From a virus: 64,000 bases of DNA. Positions 39,455-48,842 of the stretch are shown one piece after another (the first letter of the stretch is position 1; every line of letters begins with the position of its first letter). The stretch lies in IMG/VR virus record IMGVR_UViG_3300048599_000897, positions 17,477 to 81,476 of that record. One strand, given 5' to 3'. The notes below the pieces were generated by a model. That model was not told where the DNA came from, ran no database searches, and saw only the letters and a program-made list of their open reading frames with translations. Position numbers and translations under genes: made by a program.

Positions 39455-40163
39455 GTCAAAGATCGAGTGGACAGAGTCCACATGGAACCCAGTCACGGGC
39501 TGTACCAAGATCAGCCCGGGGTGTAAGCACTGCTATGCCGAACGCATGGCCAAGCGGTTGCAGTCGATGGGGCAGCCCAACTACGCGAAGGGTTTCTCAC
39601 TTACCGTTCAGCCGCATGTGGTTAATGGACCGCTGTCGTGGAAAACGCCACAGATGATCTTCGTCAATTCGATGAGCGATCTCTTCCACAAGGACGTGCC
39701 CCTTGAGTTCATCCTCCAGGTGTTTGATGTCATGAACCGGGCACACTGGCACCAGTTCCAGATTCTGACGAAGCGGTCCGGTCGGCTGCTCCAACTGGCC
39801 CCGGAACTGCCCTGGGCGAAGAATATATGGATGGGGGTTTCGGTTGAGTCGGAGCAGTACACGTCACGCATTGACGATCTTCGCAATACCGAAGCGGCCA
39901 TCAAGTTTCTGTCACTCGAGCCGCTTCTGGGTCCGCTCCCGAATCTCGACCTGGCCGATATCGACTGGGTCATTGTCGGCGGGGAGTCCGGCCCCCGCGC
40001 CAGGCCGATGGATGAGGCATGGGTGGTCGAGATCAAAGAACAATGCACGGCGGCCAAGGTGCCCTTCTTTTTCAAGCAATGGGGCGGAACCAACAAGAAG
40101 AAGGCCGGTCGGACGCTGCGCGGTCGTACATGGGACCAAATGCCCGTGGGCGTGAGTGCTTGA
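39444..40163 (+). CDS. DUF5131 / phage Gp37-Gp68 family (radical-SAM-like three-Cys protein)
   Basis: TWNPVTGCTKISPGCKHCYAE, NSMSDLFH, LTKRS, SLEPLLG, GGESG, FFFKQWGG. Confidence 0.9.
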   Translation: MASKSKIEWTESTWNPVTGCTKISPGCKHCYAERMAKRLQSMGQPNYAKGFSLTVQPHVVNGPLSWKTPQMIFVNSMSDLFHKDVPLEFILQVFDVMNRAHWHQFQILTKRSGRLLQLAPELPWAKNIWMGVSVESEQYTSRIDDLRNTEAAIKFLSLEPLLGPLPNLDLADIDWVIVGGESGPRARPMDEAWVVEIKEQCTAAKVPFFFKQWGGTNKKKAGRTLRGRTWDQMPVGVSA

Positions 40164-40177
40164 GAGTGGCTATAAAG

Positions 40178-40241
40178 AGGGTTGCGTTCGCGGACTGACG
40201 CCCCGTGGCCGCTGGTGTTTGAGAAGGGTTGCGTTCGCGGA
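40178..40241. repeat. 17-bp direct repeat AGGGTTGCGTTCGCGGA (40178-40194 and 40225-40241)
   Basis: Two exact copies 30 bp apart, just after the defence operon. Confidence 0.7.
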
Positions 40242-40283
40242 GCTTTAGTCGTAGGTGCGAAACTGACGCACCGGCCAGTTAAC

Positions 40284-40326
40284 GCAGAACCCCGAGCGCG
40301 AGAGCGTTTGGGGTTCTTGCATTTTT
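40284..40326 (+). terminator. Intrinsic terminator of the defence operon
   Basis: GAACCCCGAGCGC-GAGA-GCGTTTGGGGTTC stem with G-U pairs, GNRA loop and T-rich tail. Confidence 0.6.
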
Positions 40327-40884
40327 GCCAGTATCCGCAAGGGTTTACGTGCCGTCCGCCAGGGGGCGGGATGGCGGAGAGAGCGCGATAGAGCGCCGGT
40401 TGCCGGGCGTTTGCCGACCTTGGGGCGGGGTTCGGGGGAGAACTCTCTGACTCTCGCGCAAAACACCCCCCACAAGTTAACAACCCTGTTGCTGACCAAC
40501 CCCGAAGGCAACCCCTTCATAAAGCTGGATCGCACAGCTACAATGGCCGGGTCGTGGATGCTTGGTACTGACCGTCAGGAAGCATCGTGCCGGCCTTGGC
40601 GAGTCACTCGGTCCCTGGTAATCCACGTTGGAAGGAGGTGGCTGTTGAAAGCCATTTTGACTTCCGCCCAAAACCCCATGAACAGCGGGGACAACCACAG
40701 GCCGGGCTGTCTGAAGTGACCTGGTGACCAACCACCAGAAAGGCCTTCAAGTTGTGGAATCGCGGCAAGACAAGGCACGGCGGGCGCGCCAGAGTTGGGT
40801 CTGGTTCGCCTTCTTGGTTGCCGTTGGGGGCGGGGATCTACTGCATCATGTCGCCCAAGGGCGATGCTTGAGGAATTAGCGACT

Positions 40885-41580
40885 ATGAGCTTTTCACCGA
40901 GCGAACTGAAATACGACGCTCATGGCGTGCCAATCCTCAAATTCGCCCGCATCGAAGAAATCGCCACCGAGTTGCTCCAAAAACGGTGCCCGCAGACGTT
41001 ATTAAAAGGATGCCAGACACCAGTCATGGATATTCTGGCAAGCCTGAAGGAGCACACGGACCTGAATTACGTAATCGGGGACTTGGGGGCGGTTGCCGGC
41101 AAGAAGATTCTCGGGAGAGTCAACTTCCGGAAGCGAACACTATTCCTCGATCTTACCTTGACAGCCGAGAGGGAGATTCAATTCCGTTTTACGGCAGCCC
41201 ATGAAATTGGACACTGGGTTCTACATCGGTATCGCTCTCTGCGATTTGAAGGGGAGCCCGTGCAGGAATTTACCGACGACGAGGATTCCCTCTGTCGATT
41301 GGATTCGAAAACTCCGCAGGAATGGGTGGAGCAACAGGCAAACGTGTTTGCCGCCGCCCTTGTCCTGCCCATAACCACGTTCAAGCAGGAACTTATCAAG
41401 GCACAAAAGGAAATCGGAATCACGAGGAACCTCGGTACGGTATTTCTAAATTCCCACCCGTCATCGGATCACGACTTCGGAAGCATCCTGTCAATTCTGA
41501 GCGACAGATATGGCGTCTCGAAGGAGTCGGTCAGAGTACGGCTTCGCACTCAGCGGTTCCTCGTGGGTGAGGGCGTATAA
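40885..41580 (+). CDS. ImmA/IrrE-family Zn metallopeptidase (no N-terminal HTH)
   Basis: RFTAAHEIGHWVLH, EQQANVFAAALVLP, YGVSKESVRVRL. Confidence 0.85.
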   Translation: MSFSPSELKYDAHGVPILKFARIEEIATELLQKRCPQTLLKGCQTPVMDILASLKEHTDLNYVIGDLGAVAGKKILGRVNFRKRTLFLDLTLTAEREIQFRFTAAHEIGHWVLHRYRSLRFEGEPVQEFTDDEDSLCRLDSKTPQEWVEQQANVFAAALVLPITTFKQELIKAQKEIGITRNLGTVFLNSHPSSDHDFGSILSILSDRYGVSKESVRVRLRTQRFLVGEGV

Positions 41581-41662
41581 ATGCACGCGTTAGGTGCAGT
41601 GGCTCAAGCGGGCATAAACAAGAAAGCGAAATCCAGCAGGCCGAACCATAGCGGCCTCAGGC

Positions 41663-42853
41663 CTATTCGGTCCAATTTTTCAGATCTCCGACCTTATCGG
41701 TGAATTCTCTCAATTCAAGGTCTTCAACTGACAACTCAGCCACGTCGAGGTCAACCCCATCTGCCATAACCTGATCCTCGAAACTCAGAACCATTCGCCC
41801 CCAAAATGCTGCACGTCGCGATCCGGATGCCTCAAAATAATGGTCTTCCTCAAAATCGCCAAGTCTCACTCGCACCCAATTGGGCACGGAAAACGCGTCC
41901 ATACGGTAGACTGAAAACTGAAGTTCGAGATCGGCTTCGAACGCTAACGGGACCGTCAGGAGCCCTTCTCCCGAAGATTCTGCATTCTCCCAGTCAAAGG
42001 TTATCTCGTTCGCAAGGCTGGCACCAAACACCCATGCTTGGTTATTGTCGTCGGGGATTTCAGGATGCTCTATCTCTGTACTTGACAGAGCATCAATCGC
42101 CGCATCTTCAACTGACTTTCGCAGGCGTGGTTCTTGGTCACGCAGTTTAGCAAGACTATCCGTGAAATTCTGTTCCCACCAAAGGGCAAACGCCGGGTTC
42201 GCGTGCAGTGAGGCAACGTTCGGCGATTTCAGTAAATCCGAAATCGACCCGACTACGGCCACACCCGTGGCTTTGGCGGCCTCAGAAAGGCGTGTGTCGT
42301 TGCACGCAAAGATCGCCCGCGAGTCGGATTTGAAGATGGCGGCAACACCAGCCAGCACAAAACCATCGGGTAGATCTTCTCGCTTCCTTTTTGAAGCAAA
42401 GGGCGGCTTCCCACCCGCATATGCATCCAGCACCTGTTTTGCGTCTTCAAGTGTGAGGCTTACGATCCGGAATCCCATTCGAAGGAACGCGCCTTCGTGC
42501 CAGTTCCTAGCCCCTTCACGAATCGCGTTGATATTCACTTCTGACAGCGATTCGCTGTTCAAAAGCTCCGTTGCGAGTCCCTGGCTGGCAATGCCTCTAT
42601 TACCTCGCAAATCCTCCAGTACCTTTCCAAGCTTGGCGAGCAATTCCTCGCCTCTTTCTGTTCTCTGACTCATCCATTCTCGAAACGCCATTTCCGGAAC
42701 CCATAAGGCGACTTTTCCTGCATGCGCGAGTTGCCCCAAGAGTTTGAACTCGGGTGACGGCACACCTTCGCCAATCGTTCTCAGTACAGAGGTATCGAAA
42801 ACGATTGGAATGGGGCTTGCCGGTTCAGCATTCGCGCCACTTTGGGAAGGCAT
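41663..42853 (-). CDS. PIN-domain protein (DUF4935-like) with a C-terminal domain
   Basis: IVFDTSVL, VPEMAFREW, DLPDGFV, ACNDTRL acidic PIN motifs. Confidence 0.75.
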   Translation of the reverse strand: MPSQSGANAEPASPIPIVFDTSVLRTIGEGVPSPEFKLLGQLAHAGKVALWVPEMAFREWMSQRTERGEELLAKLGKVLEDLRGNRGIASQGLATELLNSESLSEVNINAIREGARNWHEGAFLRMGFRIVSLTLEDAKQVLDAYAGGKPPFASKRKREDLPDGFVLAGVAAIFKSDSRAIFACNDTRLSEAAKATGVAVVGSISDLLKSPNVASLHANPAFALWWEQNFTDSLAKLRDQEPRLRKSVEDAAIDALSSTEIEHPEIPDDNNQAWVFGASLANEITFDWENAESSGEGLLTVPLAFEADLELQFSVYRMDAFSVPNWVRVRLGDFEEDHYFEASGSRRAAFWGRMVLSFEDQVMADGVDLDVAELSVEDLELREFTDKVGDLKNWTE

Positions 42854-43023
42854 TTGTCACCGTGCAGAAGAATTCGAATCAAGCAGCAACCATTCTAACC
42901 GCAAACCCGGTAGTTAACAGATGAGGGATCGGCATCGTGCCGGTCCCACCATCCTGTTGCCAGGCAGCACACCGGTCGCCAAGCGAAGGTCGTTGCGGGC
43001 ATCGCCTCTCACGGAGAGTGCCG

Positions 43024-43245
43024 ATGGCCTTCGCCAACGATCCTACTGATCCTGTCAACATGACCCCGGAAGAGCGCCTCACGGAGGTCGCCGCCATCTT
43101 CGCGGAGGGTGTATTACGCCTACGCCACCGGGGCGCAATCCCCGGCCCGAAGCTCGCGGTCATTCACCCTGTCGAATCTGTGGAATCCGCCGCGAATGGC
43201 CTTGAGGTTCCTTCGGAAACGAGGCTTCATGGACAACGTGGTTAA
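43024..43245 (+). CDS. Small hypothetical protein preceding DUF2924
   Basis: MTPEERLTEVAAIFAEGVLRL helical motif; GGAGAG RBS. Confidence 0.6.
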   Translation: MAFANDPTDPVNMTPEERLTEVAAIFAEGVLRLRHRGAIPGPKLAVIHPVESVESAANGLEVPSETRLHGQRG

Positions 43246-43272
43246 CGCCTCCGAGAGGCAAGGAGAACAACG

Positions 43273-43761
43273 ATGTTGAATGCCACAAACCAGATCGCGG
43301 CCCTGCGGGAAATGACCCCCGCCCAGATCCGCGAGAAATACCTGGAGGTCTTCGGCGAGCAGTCGCGCACGGGGAACAAGGATTTCCTCTTCAAGCGGAT
43401 CGCCTGGCGGATTCAATCCCTGGCCGAAGGCACCCTGTCTGAACGAGCGCGGCGGCGGGCTACGGAACTGGCCCGCGACGCGGACATCCGCACGACGATG
43501 CCACGCCCGCCCAAGTTGGCGACCGGCGCGATCGAGCGCATTAAGGCGGGACCGGTGGGTAACGGCCAGCGGGTGCCGATCCCCGGCACCGTGCTGACCC
43601 GCCAGTACCGGGGGAAGCTGATCGAGGTTACGGTTCTCCCCAAGGGATTCGAATACCGGGGCGAGATCTACCGGTCGCTTTCCGCCGTGGCCAAGGTGGT
43701 TACGGGTTCGCATTGGAACGGACACCTGTTCTTTGGCCTCAAAGACGGAGATAAGAAATGA
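43273..43761 (+). CDS. DUF2924 family protein
   Basis: LFKRIAWRIQ...EG, PGTVLTRQYRG, YRSLSAVAKVVTGSHWNG..FFGL. Confidence 0.9.
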   Translation: MLNATNQIAALREMTPAQIREKYLEVFGEQSRTGNKDFLFKRIAWRIQSLAEGTLSERARRRATELARDADIRTTMPRPPKLATGAIERIKAGPVGNGQRVPIPGTVLTRQYRGKLIEVTVLPKGFEYRGEIYRSLSAVAKVVTGSHWNGHLFFGLKDGDKK

Positions 43762-45326
43762 AGAAGCCCGCCGCCACAACAACCGCCGAGAAACCAGCTA
43801 TCCGCTGCGCTATTTACACCCGCAAGTCCACCGAGGAGGGCCTCCAGCAGGCGTTCAATACGCTCGACGCCCAGCGGGATAGTGCTGAGGCCTACATCGC
43901 CAGCCAGAAGAACGAGGGGTGGGTCTGCCTGCCGGACCGCTATGACGACGGCGGTTTCACCGGCGGCAATCTGGATCGGCCGGCCGTCCAGCGGCTCATG
44001 AAGGATATTGAAGCGGGCAAGGTAGATTGCGTGGTGGTCTACAAGGTGGACCGGCTGTCGCGCTCGCTCATGGACTTTGCCCGGATGATGGCGACGTTCG
44101 ATGACCACAAGGTTTCGTTCGTCTCGGTAACGCAGCATTTCAACACGACGCATTCGATGGGGCGTTTGACGCTCAACATCCTGTTGTCCTTCGCCCAGTT
44201 CGAGCGGGAGATCATTTCGGAGCGGACGCGGGACAAGATCGCGGCGGCGCGGCGGAAGGGGAAATTCGCGGGCGGCAAGCCGGTTCTGGGTTACGACCTG
44301 CTGAGCGACCCCACGGGATCGAAACTGGTGGTCAACGACGACGAGGCGGCGCGAGTGCGCGAGATCTTCGAGTTGTACCTGAAGCACCAGGCGTTGATCC
44401 CGACGGTCATGGAGTTGGACACACTGGGGTGGACAACCAAACGGTGGGTCTGCAAGGCGGGGGCGACCAAGGGCGGCAGGCCCTTCGACAAGAACGCTTT
44501 GTTCAAGTTGCTGACGAATGTGGTGTACATCGGCAAGGTGCGCTACCACGAGGAAATCCACCCCGGCGAGCATACGGCCATCGTGGACGAGCAGATTTGG
44601 CAGCGGGTCCAGGCCGTCCTCCAACGCAACCGGCGGACGGGCGGAGCGATGGTGAAGAACAAGCACGGGGCTTTGCTCAAGGGGTTGCTCCGGTGCGCGC
44701 CCTGCAAGTGCTCGATGGGCCACGCCTACACGTCGCACGGGACGAAACGCTACCGCTACTACGTCTGCCTCCGTGCCCAGAAGCGGGGCTGGCACAATTG
44801 CCCGACGAAATCGGTACCCGCCGGGGAAATCGAACAATTCGTCATCGAGCAGATCAGGAGTATGGGCCGCGATCCGCGGGTGTTGGCCGAAATCGTGCGG
44901 CAGTCGCGGGGGCAGGGCGAGCGGTCCCTGGCCGAATTGCAGCGGGAGGAGCAATCGCTCAAACGCGAACTGGGCCGCCACGTCGCGGAATTGGGGAATT
45001 TGCCCGGCGACTCCGGGGACGGCCAGAGGGCAGGGCATTTGGCCAGCATTCAGGACCGCATCCGCGCGGCCGAGCAACGGACCATCGAAGTCCGCGAGCA
45101 GATCGTGGCGCTCAGCCGGGAGATGGTGAACGAACGGGAGGTGGAGGCGGCGATGGCCATGTTCTCGCCGGTATGGGAAACGCTTAACCCGCAGGAACAG
45201 GCCCGCATCATCCATCTGCTGGTTGAACGGGTCGATTATGACGGGGGGCACGGGACGGTCTCGGTGACCTTCCGGGCCAACGGGATCAAGACGCTGGCAC
45301 AACACCCCAAGGAGATCGCGGCATGA
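43758..45326 (+). CDS. Large serine recombinase (prophage integrase)
   Basis: CAIYTRKS, YKVDRLSRS, FAQFERE, CAPC...YYVC zinc ribbon. Confidence 0.92.
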   Translation: MKKPAATTTAEKPAIRCAIYTRKSTEEGLQQAFNTLDAQRDSAEAYIASQKNEGWVCLPDRYDDGGFTGGNLDRPAVQRLMKDIEAGKVDCVVVYKVDRLSRSLMDFARMMATFDDHKVSFVSVTQHFNTTHSMGRLTLNILLSFAQFEREIISERTRDKIAAARRKGKFAGGKPVLGYDLLSDPTGSKLVVNDDEAARVREIFELYLKHQALIPTVMELDTLGWTTKRWVCKAGATKGGRPFDKNALFKLLTNVVYIGKVRYHEEIHPGEHTAIVDEQIWQRVQAVLQRNRRTGGAMVKNKHGALLKGLLRCAPCKCSMGHAYTSHGTKRYRYYVCLRAQKRGWHNCPTKSVPAGEIEQFVIEQIRSMGRDPRVLAEIVRQSRGQGERSLAELQREEQSLKRELGRHVAELGNLPGDSGDGQRAGHLASIQDRIRAAEQRTIEVREQIVALSREMVNEREVEAAMAMFSPVWETLNPQEQARIIHLLVERVDYDGGHGTVSVTFRANGIKTLAQHPKEIAA

Positions 45327-45784
45327 TCATGACGCAGCCCAGTTTGACGGTCGAATGTAAGGTTCATTTCTCGCAGGCACGCCACGGGCGCATACGCATG
45401 GCCGAAGGTGAAGCCCCGGCCCCCGCCCCGGTGCCGCTGGGCCGCGTCCCTCGGATTGCCCGCATGATGGCCCTGGCGATCCGGTTCGAGGGGCTGATCC
45501 AGCAAGGGGAGGTCCACGACTACGCCGACCTGGCCCGGCTTGGCCACATCACGCGGGCGAGGGCGACGCAGATCATGAACTTCCTGAATCTTGCAGTCGA
45601 CATTCAGGAAGAGATTCTCTTTATGCCGTTGATTGAGGCGGGCCGGGAGCAAGTAAAAGAGTGGCAGGTTCGCCCGATTGCCGCCGAACCAGAATGGGGG
45701 AAACAGCGGCGAATGTGGAAGGATCTCCTTGCGGGTACTGCGACCACCTCTTCTAGGGGGCTTCGGCGTGCATCACGGTTGTAA
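45323..45784 (+). CDS. Conserved recombinase-associated HTH-like protein
   Basis: RVPRIARMMALA...YADLARLGHITRARATQIMNFLNLA. Confidence 0.8.
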   Translation: MIMTQPSLTVECKVHFSQARHGRIRMAEGEAPAPAPVPLGRVPRIARMMALAIRFEGLIQQGEVHDYADLARLGHITRARATQIMNFLNLAVDIQEEILFMPLIEAGREQVKEWQVRPIAAEPEWGKQRRMWKDLLAGTATTSSRGLRRASRL

Positions 45785-45986
45785 ACCGGCCAGTTAACTA
45801 GATAATGCATGAGGTGGCTTGGCTGGCTGCCGACCGCATCGGCATACGTGTGATGCTCTCCCGCTGACAAGTAAGTGGCATATGCATCGCGCGGAATCTT
45901 TATGCGGGGAGCAGCCTTGTTGCCCAGCACGTCAGTCCACACAGGTTCTGTGGATGACTTCCGGTACTTGAAGACTGGGATCATGC

Positions 45987-48842
45987 ATGTCGAAACGAAG
46001 GAAGTCGCAGAAGACGCCGGCTGGTCCGTCGATCAAGGAATTGATGGGCAAAGGAGAATACGAAGAGGCGGTCCCCCTTCTCCAACAGGAACTGGACGCA
46101 CGTCCATCAGACACAACGCGTCGCCTTCTGGTGGAATGCCAGATCCAGTTGGAAAAGTACGATGATGCCCTGGCCCAGATTGGATTGTTAGTCTGTCCAA
46201 ATAACGACGACCTACTCAGAACCGGCTGGTTGCAGTTTCAAAAGGAAGATATTGAGACAGCGAAGGTCACGCTCACCGAGTTCACGACTTTGGTGCCCAA
46301 TTTTGCTGGGGGGCATTACTGGCTGGGTCGCGTATACGACCATTGGAAGTTCCATGACGATCAATCCAAGCAGATGGCTACCAGTTGCTATCGCAAGGCG
46401 GTGGCGTGCGAGGGTTGTCGTGCCGATGCCTTTATCCGCTTGGCTTATCAGTCGTCGTGGACCGAAGAAGGATGTCGCGAAAAAGTAACCGTGTTAACCG
46501 CGGGTTTGGCCAAGCACCCGGATTCTGCGGAAATTAGGCTATTTCTGAGCCGCATATACGTACTCGAACTAAATCAACCTCGTCAGGCATTGGAAATTCT
46601 CGCTCCCCTTTTGCATGGTGCTCAACCGCTTCCGTCCGCTAGTTGGTATGCCTATTGTGCATATCGCGATTTGGAGGAATATGAAGATGCGAGGCGGTCG
46701 TTGGACGCAATCTCGACGGAGCACCTGGACGATTGCTTGCGAGCCCATGCTCTGGGTGATCTTGAGTTGCGGGATGGCCAATTTGAAGAGGCGTTCAAGA
46801 CATTTTCTGAGGGTTTGCCGACGGCCTCCCCCGCGCAGCGCTGGACGCTCGGATTTGCTCGCGTTGCCGCTCTCTTAGGGGCGGAGAGAATTGGACCGGC
46901 GATTGATGAGGCGAGAGAGGCCGTTTTTGGATTTCTTGACGCATTTGATGACCAACATTACATCGATGACATCGTTCACATCGGTGGCGAGCCGCACATA
47001 TTCGACTCAACACGTCACGCGATTTGTGTATGCAAGGATCTGCTAGAAGACCAACGGGAATTTGTAAGAAATAGCATTGATGTGAAAATGCGGGGGGCAC
47101 TGACGTTTTCCCTTTACAAGTTGACCGAAAACGCTGACGAGCCGCGGAATGATTTGCTCATCCAAGCGAGCAAACTTGCCTGCCACCCGGCGATGTCAAA
47201 CGATTTGGCGAACGCTTGTCTTGAAGCGAGGGATTTCCCGGGCGCTATCCGGCATCACGTTTCGTGGTGCCGCTGGTTGATCCGGAAGGGGCGGAAACAC
47301 ATCGATGTCGGCAAGTGCCATGCCCATATCTACGTTGATGACGGAGGTCATCCGAATTCAAAGGCGGAATGTGCCGCCCTTATGAAGGCTTTTATGGAGG
47401 AGTTGCAGAGCGCTTGCGATGATGCAGAAATTACAGCCATCTTTTTGCCGACCTATGACTTCATACGCAATAGCCTCAGGGCGAACGAACAGTATGCTGA
47501 ACTCCGCGATGCTGCGGCAAGGTTGCTCAAAGTGGCACCGGATGCCCCTGATCTCCTCTGGGATCACGCGTACGCCCATCATTGCAGGGGAAATAGCCAA
47601 GAAGCCGAAAGTGGGTATCGCCACCTGCTTGAGCTCAATCCAAAGGACAGCGCGGCGCTGCACAATTTGTCGTTATTGCTGAATGAGAGGGGCGAGTTAG
47701 AGGAGGCCGTGTTGCTTTCCCAGAAGGCGGCGGAGTTGTCTCCGGACATTGCCAACATCAAAAATTGGCATTCAAAGCTCCAGTCGCGAAAGGAGGCGCA
47801 GGATGAGGCGAAACGACGGCATGAGGATTTCCTGCGTACAGCAGTGCTGCGCTGGCCCAAGCTCGACTACTACAAGCGCCAACTGGCTTGCGCGCTGTCC
47901 CTCATTTCCGGGTACAAGGGCTTAGACCACTTGGCAAAACTTTCTGGAATCGACGAGCGATATCTGGCGGGGCACCTGCGCGTGCTCGAGGAGGAGGGGA
48001 TTATCATCTATCCGCGAGAAGGCACATTTGAGCTCAACAAACATCTCACGACACTCATTGAACGGGAAAACACCCACGCCATCATTACGAAAATAATCCA
48101 CGGCGACGAGAGCGTCGCTTTCCGGCCGATCTTCAATTCAAGGCAGGATTATACGGTCTATAGCATCCTGATCAGTCTCTTCCCGAATCATTTGATCTTC
48201 CCGAATATGGCACTACAGACAATCTTCCAATTCGAGCGGATGAAAGCCCTCCTCGATCCGGATGAGTTCACCTTTATGCTCCGATCCCAGGTGGATTTTT
48301 GCGTCACGTCAACGGCGAACTATCTCCCGCTGGTTGCCTTCGAGCTGGACAGCCGCTTCCACGAGGATGACGAGCAGAAGAAGCGCGACGCGAAGAAAGA
48401 AGAGATTTTCCGCGTGGGCGGCGTGCCCCTGTTGCGGTTGAGGGGTTACGGTCGGCCGACCGCCAGTGCTTTCCGAAGTCAGATCGTGCACGATGTGACT
48501 GCTTTAGGGAAGGTGATCCGGGGGATGGCGGAAAAATCGGTCATTCTGTCCACCCTTGAGCGCGAGGTCGACTTCGATAGCTTTGGCACGCAAGGTGCGG
48601 ACAACGACTCCCTACGGTGGATTACCGTTTCCGATGCCGCAAAGATCGCTGGAATCAATGCGGGCGTGGTTTCCAGGGCGCTGGACGATGGCGAGTTGAT
48701 GGGGAACGGGCTGACTGGCCGTCAGCGTCGGGTCGATGCGGTCGATCTCGCCCAGTGGCAGCTACGTCGCGCAGCTAAGCCTGACATACAGGAAAGTCAG
48801 GAGCAGGTCGAAAAACTGGTTGAAAAACACGTGCGCGACTAG
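45987..48842 (+). CDS. TPR-repeat protein + wHTH + DUF2726 (PD-(D/E)xK-like) + C-terminal MerR/Xis-type HTH
   Basis: TPR-like repeats; QVDFCV...VAFELDSRFH...RDAKKEEIF..GGVPLLRL; WITVSDAAKIAGIN. Confidence 0.7.
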   Translation: MSKRRKSQKTPAGPSIKELMGKGEYEEAVPLLQQELDARPSDTTRRLLVECQIQLEKYDDALAQIGLLVCPNNDDLLRTGWLQFQKEDIETAKVTLTEFTTLVPNFAGGHYWLGRVYDHWKFHDDQSKQMATSCYRKAVACEGCRADAFIRLAYQSSWTEEGCREKVTVLTAGLAKHPDSAEIRLFLSRIYVLELNQPRQALEILAPLLHGAQPLPSASWYAYCAYRDLEEYEDARRSLDAISTEHLDDCLRAHALGDLELRDGQFEEAFKTFSEGLPTASPAQRWTLGFARVAALLGAERIGPAIDEAREAVFGFLDAFDDQHYIDDIVHIGGEPHIFDSTRHAICVCKDLLEDQREFVRNSIDVKMRGALTFSLYKLTENADEPRNDLLIQASKLACHPAMSNDLANACLEARDFPGAIRHHVSWCRWLIRKGRKHIDVGKCHAHIYVDDGGHPNSKAECAALMKAFMEELQSACDDAEITAIFLPTYDFIRNSLRANEQYAELRDAAARLLKVAPDAPDLLWDHAYAHHCRGNSQEAESGYRHLLELNPKDSAALHNLSLLLNERGELEEAVLLSQKAAELSPDIANIKNWHSKLQSRKEAQDEAKRRHEDFLRTAVLRWPKLDYYKRQLACALSLISGYKGLDHLAKLSGIDERYLAGHLRVLEEEGIIIYPREGTFELNKHLTTLIERENTHAIITKIIHGDESVAFRPIFNSRQDYTVYSILISLFPNHLIFPNMALQTIFQFERMKALLDPDEFTFMLRSQVDFCVTSTANYLPLVAFELDSRFHEDDEQKKRDAKKEEIFRVGGVPLLRLRGYGRPTASAFRSQIVHDVTALGKVIRGMAEKSVILSTLEREVDFDSFGTQGADNDSLRWITVSDAAKIAGINAGVVSRALDDGELMGNGLTGRQRRVDAVDLAQWQLRRAAKPDIQESQEQVEKLVEKHVRD

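Larger units (their letters stand above)
18522..42900. mobile_element. Defence island between the two prophages, with its own serine recombinase and Xis-like HTH; boundaries approximate
   Basis: Recombinase divergent from HTH, followed by defence-type genes with patchy GC content. Confidence 0.65.

Noticed and set aside
40395-40860. Short ORFs in the 40.4-40.86 kb spacer
   Set aside because: No RBS or motif support; likely non-coding or decayed sequence
40582-42943. 12-bp direct repeat GCATCGTGCCGG flanking the IrrE/PIN pair (40582-40593, 42932-42943)
   Set aside because: 12-mers recur by chance at this length and GC content; no transposase or other support for a target-site duplication
43668-45305. 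545-aa antisense ORF
   Set aside because: Shadow of the serine recombinase
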